Below are positions 1 to 12,326 of a DNA stretch of 64,000 nucleotides, in pieces. Made by a program: the position numbers and the translations under genes. Each line of letters opens with the position of its first letter. Within the stretch, counting starts at the first letter, position 1. The notes below the pieces were generated by a model. It did no database searches. It was not told where the DNA came from and saw only the letters and a list, made by a program, of their open reading frames with translations. This DNA is from Cirrosporium novae-zelandiae. Its lineage: Eukaryota. The stretch covers positions 186,001 to 250,000 of the forward strand of contig JAPETS010000038.1 in the NCBI GenBank assembly GCA_026023565.1. Reading direction: 5' to 3'.

Positions 1-3000
1 TCTTCTTCTTCTTCTTCTTCTTCATCCCGTCCCCTAATCCCTTTTTCTTGGAAGACCTGAGGCTTGATATTGATCCTTCTCTTTGCTTTAAGATATAGGT
101 TACGGGTTTCAAGTCTAGGGTTATAAGGTTTCAAAGTCCTAAGTTACAGGTTACGGAGGGAGGTTGATAGGGGGTTTGAATGTGGTTGAATCAAGTACGA
201 GAGGGGGGAAGAGGAGAAGGAGGAAGAGAGGAAGGGAAGGGGAAAGGGAGGTTATGAACATATACATATATGGATATATGGATATATGTATATTTATGCG
301 TTTATGGTTATGTAATTATGCTATTTCATATTATGTCCATGTCTATTTCTTTACTTTTTTTAAAAAAAATAATAATTCTTGAGTATAAAGGAAGGAAGAA
401 ACAAACATAAACATAGAACATTAGAGATTAGAGAAAGAAAAGGGAAAACGATGCTGAGGGTAGATGGAGTTGGGGGGGGGGGGGATAAGAGGGGGGTAAA
501 GGGGAGTAGGGGTAGTGATATTTGAGAAGGTGGGAAAATAAGAAGATAAGAAAAGGGGGGTAAGGAGGAGAGTGAGAAGGGAATAGAAAAAGAAAGAGAG
601 AGAGAGAGAGAGGGAGGAAACGAGCTTATATCCCATAAGGCCTTTTGGGATTATGAATCCTAGTTGGCTTGTTAGCTAGTTTATAGTTGGTAAGGTTCAT
701 TGGTTATTATGGATGGTTTGTTGGTTTGTATTGTATAGTTTGTATGAATGAAATAAATAAATAAATAGAAGATGAAAAAGTTAAAAATTTACGCAGATGG
801 TTATACATCTATATATCTATATATGTATATGTAGATACTAAAGGCTCGATTTGATTCAATTTAATTCTATTTCGTCTATCGATATCTATCCCATTAATCA
901 TTAACTCGATTCATTTTACACTTTTATTTTAACCCAGTCCAATCCAAATCCAATCCAAATCCAATCCAATCCGTTTCTTTATTCTATTCTTCTAATCTAC
1001 CCACCTTACCACCACTCTTACTACCTTTACTACTACCTTTACTATTCTTTCTTACCTGCCTACCTACCTAAAATCTAAAAACTAATACCAAAAAGGACAG
1101 ACGAGCGTGCGTACGTGGGATATCATATCATAGGTCATAACTACTATTTATTTAATACTTATTTCATATTTACTTGAGCGGCATATCCCATCTAGTGTTA
1201 GAAAAGAGAGAGGTAGAGATACATATATGTATAATTTAGCTGTGTTGTGATATCTACCTACTTAAGTTAGGTTAGGCTAGGCTGGGTAGGTAGGTAGGTA
1301 CTTGATCTATATTGAGGGGAATATCTTTTTTACGATAGTGGGATGAGGATGGTTAGTTTATTTGGGAAATGACTCATCTTGAGGGGATCGTGGAAATGGA
1401 AATTGAAAAAGGAATATGGGGGATAGGAATAGTACAATCATTTGAGAAATGAAATTATGAGGATATGGGAATACAAGCGGGGAGGCAAGCACTCACACAC
1501 ACTTAGCTTGGCGAGATAGAATATAATTTTTTTTTTGGTTGCTGCCTTGGCTGTAGCCGATAACCCGTAGGTGAATAGGCTGGTAGTACGACAGAGTCAA
1601 ATAGGTAGGTAGATGGATTATCCCCCCGCCTCTGGGCCAGCTGATAATTGATGCCTGATGCTCTTGCCGTTTTTGTTTTTTTGTTTATGGAGAGGGAGTA
1701 AATGAAAGAAAGAAAGAGGAGAAAGAAAGAGAGAAAGGCCTTACTCATCCTTTACCTGGTGGACTCTTCTACCAGAGTCCATCTCCAAGTGTAACCGATG
1801 TATGTGTCGATCCTTCATCAGTCTCGCGCCCTCTTGTCTTGCAACGAGTCAATCAAGTAGCTAGTCGGTACGTCAATTTGCCTATGTAAGCTACGATTTG
1901 CGGTTGCGTTGTTTTCAGCTGCTTTTGAGCTTGGGCTTCGGCTTCGGGACAGTGTTTTTTTTCTGTAGTTTTGGTATCGGGGTCGGATGAGGGGATGAAA
2001 GAGAGTAGGTGTTGGGCATCGATGCCGCAGATGATATTAGATTCTGAGATACAGACAGCTATACCGATAATCTTTATCCCTAAAAAAGAAAAAAGGAGAG
2101 GGGAGAGGGGTTACACTTCGGAGCAGGCTCTACCTTGGCAAGTTGACGTAATAACTTAAAGGTGGTGCTTGGGTGGGCTGTTTTCAGCTGATATTCCCAA
2201 GAGGTCATAACAATTGAAATTTTCTTATGACGTTAACTACTAACCTATCAGTATTAGTATTAACCACTACTATAGGGCTTAAAAGTAGGGGGTGTGATGG
2301 GGTGAGTTCCAGTATCGTTATTACAGATGATGCTGGCTTCTCGATCTTTCCTTAATGTACGTTGAGGAGTATACGCAATTATGTTGAGGCCTTGCGCCCT
2401 TGCGGTCATTACGTTAATCTGTCAACGTAAAGTGATTCGTGGTTAGGTTGCTTCCAGCTGCTTTATTGTTAGGAGATGGTCATACAAGTTAATTTTTCTT
2501 CGTGGCTTTGTTGGGGTGTTAACGTTGGTGGTGGTATTAGGATTGGTATAGGGTTCGGAAGTAAAGGGGGCGAACGTTGGTATCACCATTATACTTAGCA
2601 CATGATACTGACTTCTGGGATACGAACGTCCGATGCGGCTCTGCGGAACATCTGCCTCTTTCTCCGTAATTCCTTCCTTCATCAAACCTGCTGCCTTTTT
2701 TATGAGGGTGAGCTTACTATCTCACCTTCATCCATGCACACGGAGTTAGTCGATTTATGTATTTCCGGACCTGGGTGATTTTTCGGTTGGATTTTGGGCA
2801 CGTACAGTACAGTAATACTTAAGAATTGGGGTTGGGCTATGCTATACTATATTATGCAAGAAATAAAAAAAAACCGTCAAGTATGGGTGGAATTAAAGGG
2901 GGAGTTCACAGTAATCTTCAAGTGAGATATAGAGGCTGTGTTTGTTAATGAGAATGTCCATGTTAATGCGGGAGAAAAAAAGACCCCAGAAATTGGCTAG

Positions 3001-4760
3001 GATGGTATAGGTGGGTGTAATATAATGGTCGCAAACGGTGAATCCTGCCCAAACAAGCCACAGTGCAGTGCTCACTATCTAGGTACGTACCTTGGGAGGA
3101 CTGTGCTTCTGGACTTGCTCGTGGTTGGGGGCCCGTGGGTTTGGTTGGGGTATGATGTGGTGTAGAGTACCTGATCAACATTATCGCAATTACTGTTTGT
3201 GTGATCAGACACCCAAGTCGATTCGGCAGGAACCTCAGCACATAGCCGGCGGATGCGGCTGCGCATGCGCAAGGCCCGGTGTGGAGATTAAAGGTTGTTA
3301 TTATCTGGATGTCCTATTGACCTTCCAAGGATGGTTGGTGCGGGTTCTTGAAGGAAGATGACGATGCGTCGAAGAAGGTTGTGCCGTGGGCGAGTAATTG
3401 TGGAGAAAAAAAATCAAGTCCCTTTGGTTCTACAGCATGAAGAATTCCTAGAAAAGCACGCCGAAAAACAACCATTTGCATCCTCGAACATCTATCGCGC
3501 AATGCTTAAAGGTACTTACTTGTTAAGCAACTACCTAGATGGATAGTGGATTTTACCCTCAGCTTTACAGGGATAAATAAGGATTTGGAGAGGTAGGGGC
3601 ATACCCATTCCCTGGAATTGAAGTGGTGTGTTGAGCACCGCATTTGGGAAAGAGGCGTACATCTGTCAGACCAGTTAGGGTTGTTAGGGTTGTATTATTG
3701 ACAGCCATAGTTGATAAGAGAGGCTGAGGACAAAACAAGCCTGTGTTTCAATACATGTCTAGACACCCAAAGACTCATGATGGGTGCTTCGATGACTTTC
3801 AACTGAGCATAGGTATGTTTAGAAAGTCATATGAATTTTAAAAGAAGAATGCATTAATCAAAGGATGTTCAAAGCTAGACGACAAAAGAGTTGAAAAGTT
3901 GCCAAGGTCAGCTGTACTTTGTTGGCCGCTCTTTTTTTAGGGAAGTACGTACTGGAAAGGTATTATTAAACGAAGGATGGTTGGGGGCGAAATTCTCTCC
4001 ACCAAGTCCCCAATCATCTTTGCAAATTTTAATCAGACCATTACTTTGAGCTTACATCAAACGAATACCTCTTGCACTCGAGAAAATGAGACGAAAAGCC
4101 ACGCAAATGGGACAAAAATATGTAGATGAGAATTCAGTATGCAGTCCAGAGGCGCAGTGGTTTCAACGGGCGATTGTTGAAGCTGGGGTACATGTTCTAG
4201 AAATTTAGAGGAAGAATGTATTCCACGTAAGCGCGTGATGGAGAAAGATCTTGACATGCGACAACAATGGACTGGATGGTCCTGGAGATGAAAATAGGAA
4301 TATGATGAAACAGACATGGTTGCAAATCCAGACTACCAACTAATCACAATACTCGAGTAGTGCGTTGTTGGGTTCCCATCTGCTATTTTGAGAGAAGGAA
4401 ATGTGGTGAATTAAAATAAAAAATGAAAAATAAAAAATAAAAAAATAAACAGGAGCCTAGGAGATCTGTCAGAAACATTTGTTCTATTCTTGACGAGGCA
4501 ACTAAAAATCATGACTGGATTTGATGATGGAGGTGATGATACTCTTTTCCGTTTCAACAGGAATTTCTTAGCGGGTCTGGCGGTTGTAATGGCAACAGCG
4601 CTTGTATGGCATGGTGGTCTTGGCTCTTTGATCAACAAGAGCTGTCTCAGGTAATGGTGGTCTTGTTGAATAGTAGCAGGATTTGAATTAACAAATAGGT
4701 ACTTGGGTAGGTAGTCTATAGGTTTCTGCCTGAGGTATTGAAGTTGAAGCCATCTTGGCG

Positions 4761-4868
4761 TCTTTGCATCTTTGCATCTTTGCATCTTTGCATCTTTGCA
4801 CCTTTGCACCTTTGCACCTTCACATCCTTGGGAATTACCTAGGTGCTTAGGAATTACCTAGGTGCTTA
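4761..4868. repeat. Tandem repeats: about 7 x 8-nt (T/C)CTTTGCA followed by 2 x 19-nt GGAATTACCTAGGTGCTTA
   Basis: Read directly from the sequence; the 19-mer copies are at 4831-4849 and 4850-4868. Confidence 0.9.
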
Positions 4869-5422
4869 GGTACATGTACTTAACCTTTGACATGTCCTCC
4901 ACCCCGTTAATTAGAGGTTAATGTAATTAATCGTCAAGTCAATGTTTGGAGGATTTGAAGTTCTCATCGGCCCATCAGAGTTCAATTCTGAAAGGGAACT
5001 GGTGGGCCAGCCAGCCTTAACCGGTTCAATTGTCTTCAAGTCATAGGTGCAGAGGTCCAGTGCTTTGGGGGCCGTTTGGTTTGAGGGGCAGATGGAGAGG
5101 CAGTGCAAGTTTTTGGCAATGCGCGAGACGCCATCATTAAGGCTGTGAAGTTAATTCCTCCCCTTGCATTAATGATTTGGGACGGGTCATTTCATCATTA
5201 CTACTACTTTAGTATTTCCCTACTTGAATAGCTATCTTACATTTATTACCAATGACAATCATGGTGGGTGTTGAAATAACTTTCCAACAAACAGGGCGAG
5301 AGTTTTTATTGTTTTGGAGTTGGAGCTGGTGGGGACCTCCGATAAGAGAGAGAGAGCAGAACAAGAAACAAGAAGGAAAAAGGAAAAAAGAAGTGTAATG
5401 TGAAGGCGAGAGTGAGAGTGAG

Positions 5423-5460
5423 GGTAAGAGTAAGAGTAAGAGTAAGAGTAAGAGTAAGAG
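5423..5460. repeat. (GAGTAA)n hexanucleotide microsatellite
   Basis: gtaagagtaagagtaag... about 6 units; it produces the spurious poly-L and SYSY ORFs. Confidence 0.9.
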
Positions 5461-6490
5461 TGGGTGAGAATGAGAGAGAGTAGGAGTATTTTGAATTTTT
5501 GACCTGATAAATGAGTCATGGTTGGTCAAAAAGTGAAGAAGGTTATGATTGAAGTTATGATTGAAGTTATGATTGAGGAATTGTAGGTACCTAGGTTCCC
5601 TCTCTTCTCTCTGCTCTCTGGACAATATCTGTCTGTCTGTACAACATAATAAGCCAGGGAGACCATGACAAGTGCTAGGCTACCACTCGCCTTCAGCTGT
5701 CATCTACCTACTGGAATTACAATAATATAATCGGATAAAATCTTCGGCCATCCGGATAGGCCTGAGGCAATGCAAGCCACTTTTATCACATTAGTTCCCT
5801 ACATTGTGGCTTTACCCTCCTTGTCATTGGTCATTGGTCATTTAGTCCAAGAAATCAGCCTTGCTCTCCATGCTCTCCAAGGCACAATCCACAATCCTGT
5901 AACTCGCACATGCCACATACTGCCACAATTTACAATTGAATGAACATGGGGAACCAACATGGGTATGGAAGGGCCGAAGCGGCGCAGCGGCTTAGCTGTT
6001 AGGGATCCCGCGCCAACCATTCCCACCTTAGGCGCGGGTAACTCAGAGCGAGTGACGTTCAAGTCGATGAGTCTTACTCGAAACTCTCCCCCGTACCTAC
6101 TTTAGTTATTTTACTCTAATATCAACTTAACTTAGTTAACCTCCCTTACCTTTTGGTGACCTGATTGTAAATCTCAGAAGGGCGGTTGTTGGTGGTAGTG
6201 TGGACATGGGATCAATTTTGGTCAGGGCGCAACTAGCCCTTTCACTCTTTGGCACACTCCTCCCTCCAAAGTCCCCCCCCCTTCCAAAAAGTCCCCCCCC
6301 CCCCCTTCCAAAAAGTACCCCCCCCCCACCCCCCCAATAAGCTAAACCAGGCAGAAGCACCCTTGTTCTCAACCACTCCCAGGCATCAATCTAGAATTAC
6401 TTGGGTCACCAGGATTGTCAATGGACGAATGAGTAATCTGTCATGATTGGTATTTATCTCTTGCTTCTCCTTCTCTCTCCTTTCACCTAG

Positions 6491-6497
6491 TATAAAG
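6491..6497 (+). promoter_or_regulatory. Putative TATA box flanked by CT-rich tracts
   Basis: TATAAAG within pyrimidine-rich sequence about 390 nt upstream of ATG 6883, a typical filamentous-fungal core promoter layout. Confidence 0.4.
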
Positions 6498-6882
6498 TCT
6501 TTCTCTTATCCTCTCTTTCAATCTGTTTTTTTTATTCACTCACATTCACTCTTGAAACAAGCTACCTCACAATTCATTAACACAAGTATATCCTCTTCTT
6601 AACTGTTTGCTACTGTCTCATACAATAACAACCATCTGCCCCGCATATTCACCACTTACACATCACTCCCATCCTGTCGCTGCCGTCCGCGCAGCAGATA
6701 TCAAGATTCCCGTCCTACCAGAGACAACCGTCTATATTAGAAACACAAACGCCAAAGTGTCTCCTCACAGAGAAAGAACCACGACCCGGATCTATTATAC
6801 GGAGTCCGAGTCAACACGCTCGTCGTCTCCGTCTTCATCGTCACACTACCAGTCCTTGGAAATCCCATATCGACCAACCAGG

Positions 6883-7572
6883 ATGCCGTCCATAGTCCGC
6901 CGTTCCTCTCCACCGGTTGCTAAAACCGCTCCCAAGACATCTCACTCCGGCATGTATGCTGTCAAGCCTGCGGGGCCTGCGGGCCGTCCGCCATACGACG
7001 ACGAGAGCTATGTCATGAAGACCTTCTCCAAGCATTATAGAACCTGCAACACCTGCTCCCTTACCCAACGGGAGCTCTGTGCCAAAGGGATGTCATATGC
7101 TGTTGAAGTGACCGAATATGTTTTTAGGAAGGCCGGCCGACATTACTCCGTTATTGATGGCCAGCAGTTGACAGAAATTGATTTCCCCAAGGATTGCGAT
7201 GCAACAAGGAGACTTTTGAAACTTGTTGAGGACGGAATGGTTCTGAACACCGGGAAGCCGAGGCCAAAGAGCTGGGATGCAACTTATGGCATTTCCAACC
7301 GACCAGTCGGCGGAGAGCCAATTCGCGAGATGAAGCCTAACAGGCATGTATCTTTCAGCCTTGAACCTGAGCGCAACACATCCACCAAGAAGACTGAACG
7401 CCATCACCGGGACCCCGCGAAATACCCTGACCGAGGGTCGTTGTATTACAAAGACATGGAAGACAGGAGGCGGTGGAGGCAAGAGGAAGAGAATGAGCCA
7501 GCTTACTATGTTGTCTCAGCCCACCCGTCGACCCCCTACAAGAAGGAGCGACAGCAAGCCTACTACCGGTGA
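6883..7572 (+). CDS. Hypothetical protein (229 aa from first ATG), intronless, with a H-x3-C-x2-C-x7-C motif
   Basis: Part of ORF 6607-7572; first ATG at 6883 (MPSIVRRSSP...). Coding-like composition; globular core FSKHYRTCNTC...LCAKG...YVFRKAGRHYSVIDG. Confidence 0.75.
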   Translation: MPSIVRRSSPPVAKTAPKTSHSGMYAVKPAGPAGRPPYDDESYVMKTFSKHYRTCNTCSLTQRELCAKGMSYAVEVTEYVFRKAGRHYSVIDGQQLTEIDFPKDCDATRRLLKLVEDGMVLNTGKPRPKSWDATYGISNRPVGGEPIREMKPNRHVSFSLEPERNTSTKKTERHHRDPAKYPDRGSLYYKDMEDRRRWRQEEENEPAYYVVSAHPSTPYKKERQQAYYR

Positions 7573-8369
7573 AATACAATATCAACCTGTTTATTGGAAT
7601 TTTAAGCAACACAATACGTTTTTGCAAGTGACTTGTTATGATCACAATACCACATCAAAGATTGTACAGATGATCGACGATCGAAGACCCCAATGGAGTA
7701 TTCGAGGGCCTGCCCTAGAGCCGCACCCACCAGCTTGGTTTGCGAAATTGGCGTCATTATACTCGCTTCCCCGCACCCTGCACATCGCGTGATTTATTGC
7801 ATGAAGGATATTTAAACCTGCATTGCTTTGACACGGTTGAAGAGGAGAAAGAGGAGGAAGAGGGGGGAAGAGGGAAGAGGGTTTGGAAGTGTGATTATGA
7901 TAATGGACGAGGAAGGAAACGAAGGCCTGGAAGTGAATATTGGATGAATGTGCACTAGCAGTATTTTCTCTGTTTTCTATATGGTATCATCACGTTCTTG
8001 TGCTGGGTCATCTATACACTGCGAGCTAGTTAGAAAGAATCAGATATCTTTTATCAGAATCAAAAACTCCAAAATAAATCGAAACGAAGATTGCAGTATG
8101 ATAGAAATACAAGGATTGAATGTCACTTGGGATATGACTAGCGTTTCGTTGCATTAATCACACGGTGGTGGGTTGGTGATGGTGTTGAGTTTAGAGTGAC
8201 CATTTGATATGTAGCCAAATCTGACACTTAACCTAACTTGGACTAAACACTAAACGCCGATTCGCCGATCTCTCCACCTCACTATCGCAAAAAAAAGCTC
8301 AGCCTTCGAGCTCCAATATCCCTCCATCGACGAATACCTTCTCCATTAACTATCTAGGTATTTCCGAAA

Positions 8370-9917
8370 ATGCCTAAAAGAAAGCTTGACACTGAAACTA
8401 CATCATTTGCCCCATCGAAGAAACATCACACTGATTCTACCACCGTTCAGCGCTTTCGTGTGGAGCGACAACTTGATCATGGGAAGAAGACCTTGTTCCG
8501 TGCTCTAAAAGTCGCACGGGGATTTGAGCGCCAGAAACTTGGAAGAAGACAGAAAACTGCGACCAAGGAGAAAGATGCAGATGCGAGTAAGAGATTGGTG
8601 GAAGAGGTGAAAGCCTTGAAGGTTCGTAAGTTCCTGGACCTAATTTTTATCTACCTGTGTTTTATATTGGATTCTCTAGACTAATTATTTGATCTTTCCC
8701 CGTAGGCTCTAGACCTAGAAATGGTTGCAGAATCCCATCTTTCCAAACAAATGCTAAAGACCAAACGGATACGGGAAGCGCCAGCCTTCCCGGAGAAATA
8801 CGTCCTAGGGTTGAGAACTCATGCGCAGGTGGATGATGCTACGAAGAATGTACTTTCGCGACTGTATAGCTCGAACCCGGCCAAGGAAGCTACGAATGAG
8901 ATTATGAATTCTATACGAGATATTCTTGGCTTGAGCGATGCAAAGGACGGAAGTGACGGAAAACAGCGGAAGGCGACCGACGGAAGGAAGAAAAAAATAG
9001 AGAAATCAGATGAAGAGCCTCGAGACTTGGGGTCAGAGGCTGATGACGGAGACTTGGAAGAGGATGAAGAGGCTGATGAGGCTGATGACATCTCACTTAA
9101 TAGTGATGACCTAGCTCATTTGGGGGTTCGCGTGGTTGGATCATCGGATGAGGGCTCCGACGCTGATCAAAGCGATCCCGGTGACCTGGATCCGAACGAG
9201 ATCACTACAGAAGAGGAAGGAGACCAGGAAAATGATGAACTAGAAGAAGAAGATGATGACGATGATGACGATGACGAACAAGAAGACGACATTTTTATAT
9301 CTTCTGAACCCACACCCCCCTCAGCATCCATATCCATATCCACCTCCCCACCCCCCAAAGCCCCAAAGCCCCCCAAATCCCAACCCCACCCCGCACCTCC
9401 GCCAAAAGATACAACCTTCCTCCCAACCCTCATGGCCGGCTACATCTCCGGCTCGAACTCCTCCTCTCTAGACTCCGCAGACGACCAATTCGCCAACATC
9501 CAACCACGGAAAAACCGCCGAGGCCAACGCGCCCGCCAGGTAATAAACGAGAAGAAATACGGAACCCAAGCCCATCATCTGAAAAAGGAAAATGTGATGA
9601 AAGGGGGGAGAGGTGGTGATGGATGGGATATGAGGAGGGGGGCCGTAGAGGAAGGGGGAGGGAGAAGGGGAGGGAGGTTTTCTGGGGGGTACCGGAAGGG
9701 CGGGTTCGAGAATCCTGCGTCTGCGTCTGGTAATAAGACCAGGACAAGAAGATCGGAACATGGCGGCGGCGGTGGTAGTAATGGTAATGGTGGAAACCCC
9801 AACACCATCTCCAACGCCCCCAAGGGAAAATTACACCCTTCGTGGGAAGCTGCCAGGAAAGCAAAGGAACAGAAAATGAACGCGACGTTTCAGGGGAAGA
9901 AGATTGTTTTTGATTGA
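8370..9917 (+). CDS. BUD22: Bud22-family (SRFBP1-like) ribosome biogenesis protein; exons 8370-8621, 8706-9917
   Basis: N-terminal LFRALKVARGFERQKLGRR, acidic linker, C-terminal PRKNRRGQRARQ and LHPSWEAARKAKE...FQGKKIVFD typical of Bud22. Intron GTTCGT..CTAAT..TAG joins the two ORFs in frame. Confidence 0.9.
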
Positions 9918-10135
9918 TTGATACCAGACTATGCATACTATACTATACCCTGCGGTGTATTTATTAATTGAAAATGTGAATGGTGGGATGTGGTATGATG
10001 GGATGGCATGGGTTTCTTGACTTAGCTAGGTAGGTACTTAGGTATATTTTCATCATGGTCACCATCATCGTGGTGGTAAAGGTAAGTTATGATGAACAAA
10101 TAGCCAAACGGACAAAAAAAAAAGTCTCTGAAACA

Positions 10136-10478
10136 ACTGACTGACTGACTGACTGACTGACTGATCGAACCTAGCTGACCTCTCTCTCTCTCTCTCTCCC
10201 TCTCTCTCTCTCTGATACCCACACACACATACATATATCTACCTTATACATCAACCCCCTCCTCCCTAACCGGACCACTATTAAAAAAAAATACCAAATA
10301 CCAAATATGAAACAGAGCCATCGTGTTAAATAACAAGGAAACAAGGAAACAAGGAATTCGAAACCATCATTTCTGCTTCCACTTTCCGCTTTCCCCTTTT
10401 TCCTTTCCCTTCAAGAGAGATTTCGAGAGAAGGGAAAGGAAAGAAAAGAAAAGAAAAGAAAAGAAAAGAAAAGAAAAG
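10136..10478. repeat. Microsatellite cluster (TGAC)n, (CT)n, (AAAAG)n between convergent genes
   Basis: Direct read: 10136-10163, 10179-10212, 10436-10478. Confidence 0.85.
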
Positions 10479-10914
10479 AGAAATTCTTAGCCCCCTTCAA
10501 TCCCTATCCATATCCATATCCATATATAAAAAATCGGACGAATATCTATCGCCGTCTACAAAGTGTGGGTTTCTTTTTTTTCTTTTTTTTTCTTTTGAGG
10601 GGGGTTTATTATATAAATGGAAAAGATTTTTGGTTTTTTTTGGGTTTTTTTAGGGACATGGATCTGGTTGGTATGATTAACTTGCGAGCGGATGAGAATG
10701 GCGGTGGGTTACCCTACCTACCTACCTACCTGCCTACCTGCCTGCCTGCCTACTGACTCATGAGCTATGACAGAGGGAATAGGAATGGGATGGACGAGGA
10801 AGAGGAAGAGGAAGAGGAAGAGTCTACGGTAGGAAACGTAAAATGCGCGGTCTCGGGGCGCGATTGTTGAGATTATATACAGCTTTACTGAAACAAGAGA
10901 CAATAGAACTACTA

Positions 10915-11941
10915 CTACTTCTTAGGCTCTTCTTTTTTCTCCTCCTCGGGCTTAGGTGTGGGGAGTTTGAACTGTTGGTTTTTCGGAATGTTAGCTAAAT
11001 GAACTGCATTTATAATCGTAGGATATATATGAGTAGCGGTGTCTGGGTTCGGATTTGACTTACCGCATCAGGTTTTCTGTCAGTCCCAGGCCCGACCTGC
11101 TCCCATGCTGCGGACCCTCCCTCGAAATTCCGAAAGGCCTGTGTCAGCTCCAATGGCTCCACAACAATTCTTTTCTTTTCTTCGTCATACCGAATCTCGG
11201 TATATCCGGTTAACGGGAAATCTTTCCGTAACGGATGTCCATCGAAGCCGTAGTCGGTCATGATTCTTCGTAGATCTGGGTGGCCTAGAAAGAAGACGCC
11301 GAACATATCGTAGGTTTCTCGTTCGTACCAATTGGCTCCGTCGTATAGACCGGTGATGGAGGGGACTGGGGTGGTTTCATCGGCATAGGTCTTTACACGT
11401 ATTCTGGAATTGTGGCGGACGCTTAGAAGGTTGTATACGACTTCAAAGCGCTGGTCCCGCGTTGGATAGTCGACGGCGGTTATATCGGCGACCATGGTAT
11501 ATTCCGCAGCAGTGTGATATTTGAGGAAGGAGAAGACGGGAATAACACCGGCCGGCGGGATATAGATGGTCAATTCATCTTTCCAAACCGAGAATTGCTG
11601 GATGTATTTTGGGAGGCAGGACATGAGGTATTGGCCATAGGTGTGGAGGGCGGTGGCCTTGTCCGAGTATTTATCGGTGGGGTTGATGATAGGTGCGTGA
11701 AGTTTGCCTCCGGCTAAAGAGAGGGGATTGCCGGTCAGCGACAAATATTATAAATTCCAGGTCAATTGCACTTACGGGGCCGCGGTGCATGTCGCATATT
11801 GGGTCTATCCTCATGAGATGCTACCTCTTTCTGTAATAAGCATGTCGTTCCAAAGGTCCTGACTGCTGGTAGCTGGAAGCTCCCTGAAACTGGGGCCAGC
11901 CTCTTACTGCCCAAGCGTAAAAGGGCCTTGGAAGGTGCCAT
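10915..11941 (-). CDS. NDUFS3: NADH:ubiquinone oxidoreductase 30 kDa subunit (NDUFS3/NuoC homologue), mitochondrial precursor; exons 11776-11941, 11064-11713, 10915-10971
   Basis: Motifs [18 protein letters not shown] and [44 protein letters not shown]; Arg/Ser-rich presequence. Both introns GTAAG..YAG keep frame; ends ...EEPKK TAG TAG TAG. Confidence 0.96.
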
Positions 11942-12326
11942 GGTCAATTAAAACTGACAACACGGCAGTAGAGTGGAGATGGGATAAAAGTCGAGTAGTG
12001 GTGGTGTACTTTCTTTCTCTCTATCATCATCGACGTCCCGGCAACAGCCATTCACCTTGGCCGTGTTTATCCGAATTCGGTCAAGTGCATCACGTGAGAC
12101 CGGCACTAACGAATCGAATGGAGAAGTGCACTTTCGTTGCTCTCAACTAACATCCACTCTCATTACCTTAAATCACTTACAAAACAACCAGAAACACCCT
12201 GTAACTTTACTCATAGCCGCCTCGTCTCGTACATAAGTACCCGCCATATGTGTACTAACCCTCTTTCTTACCACCTCGCGAGAGTTTCAAACGTTGTCCT
12301 ATTCCCATCCGATCAAACTATTCAAA

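Noticed and set aside
3675..3692. Telomere-like TTAGGG copies
   Set aside because: Only two interrupted units; not an interstitial telomere array.
4761..4868. CRISPR-like array
   Set aside because: Contiguous tandem repeats without spacers in a eukaryotic context; no cas genes.
164..6446. Many short ORFs in the first 6.5 kb
   Set aside because: Low-complexity or microsatellite-derived (poly-L, SYSY, MQRCKDAK), with no domains and no coherent exon structure.
8286..8303. RRPE/PAC-like element upstream of BUD22
   Set aside because: AAAAAAAAGCTCAGC only partially matches the PAC consensus GCTCATC; too weak to call.
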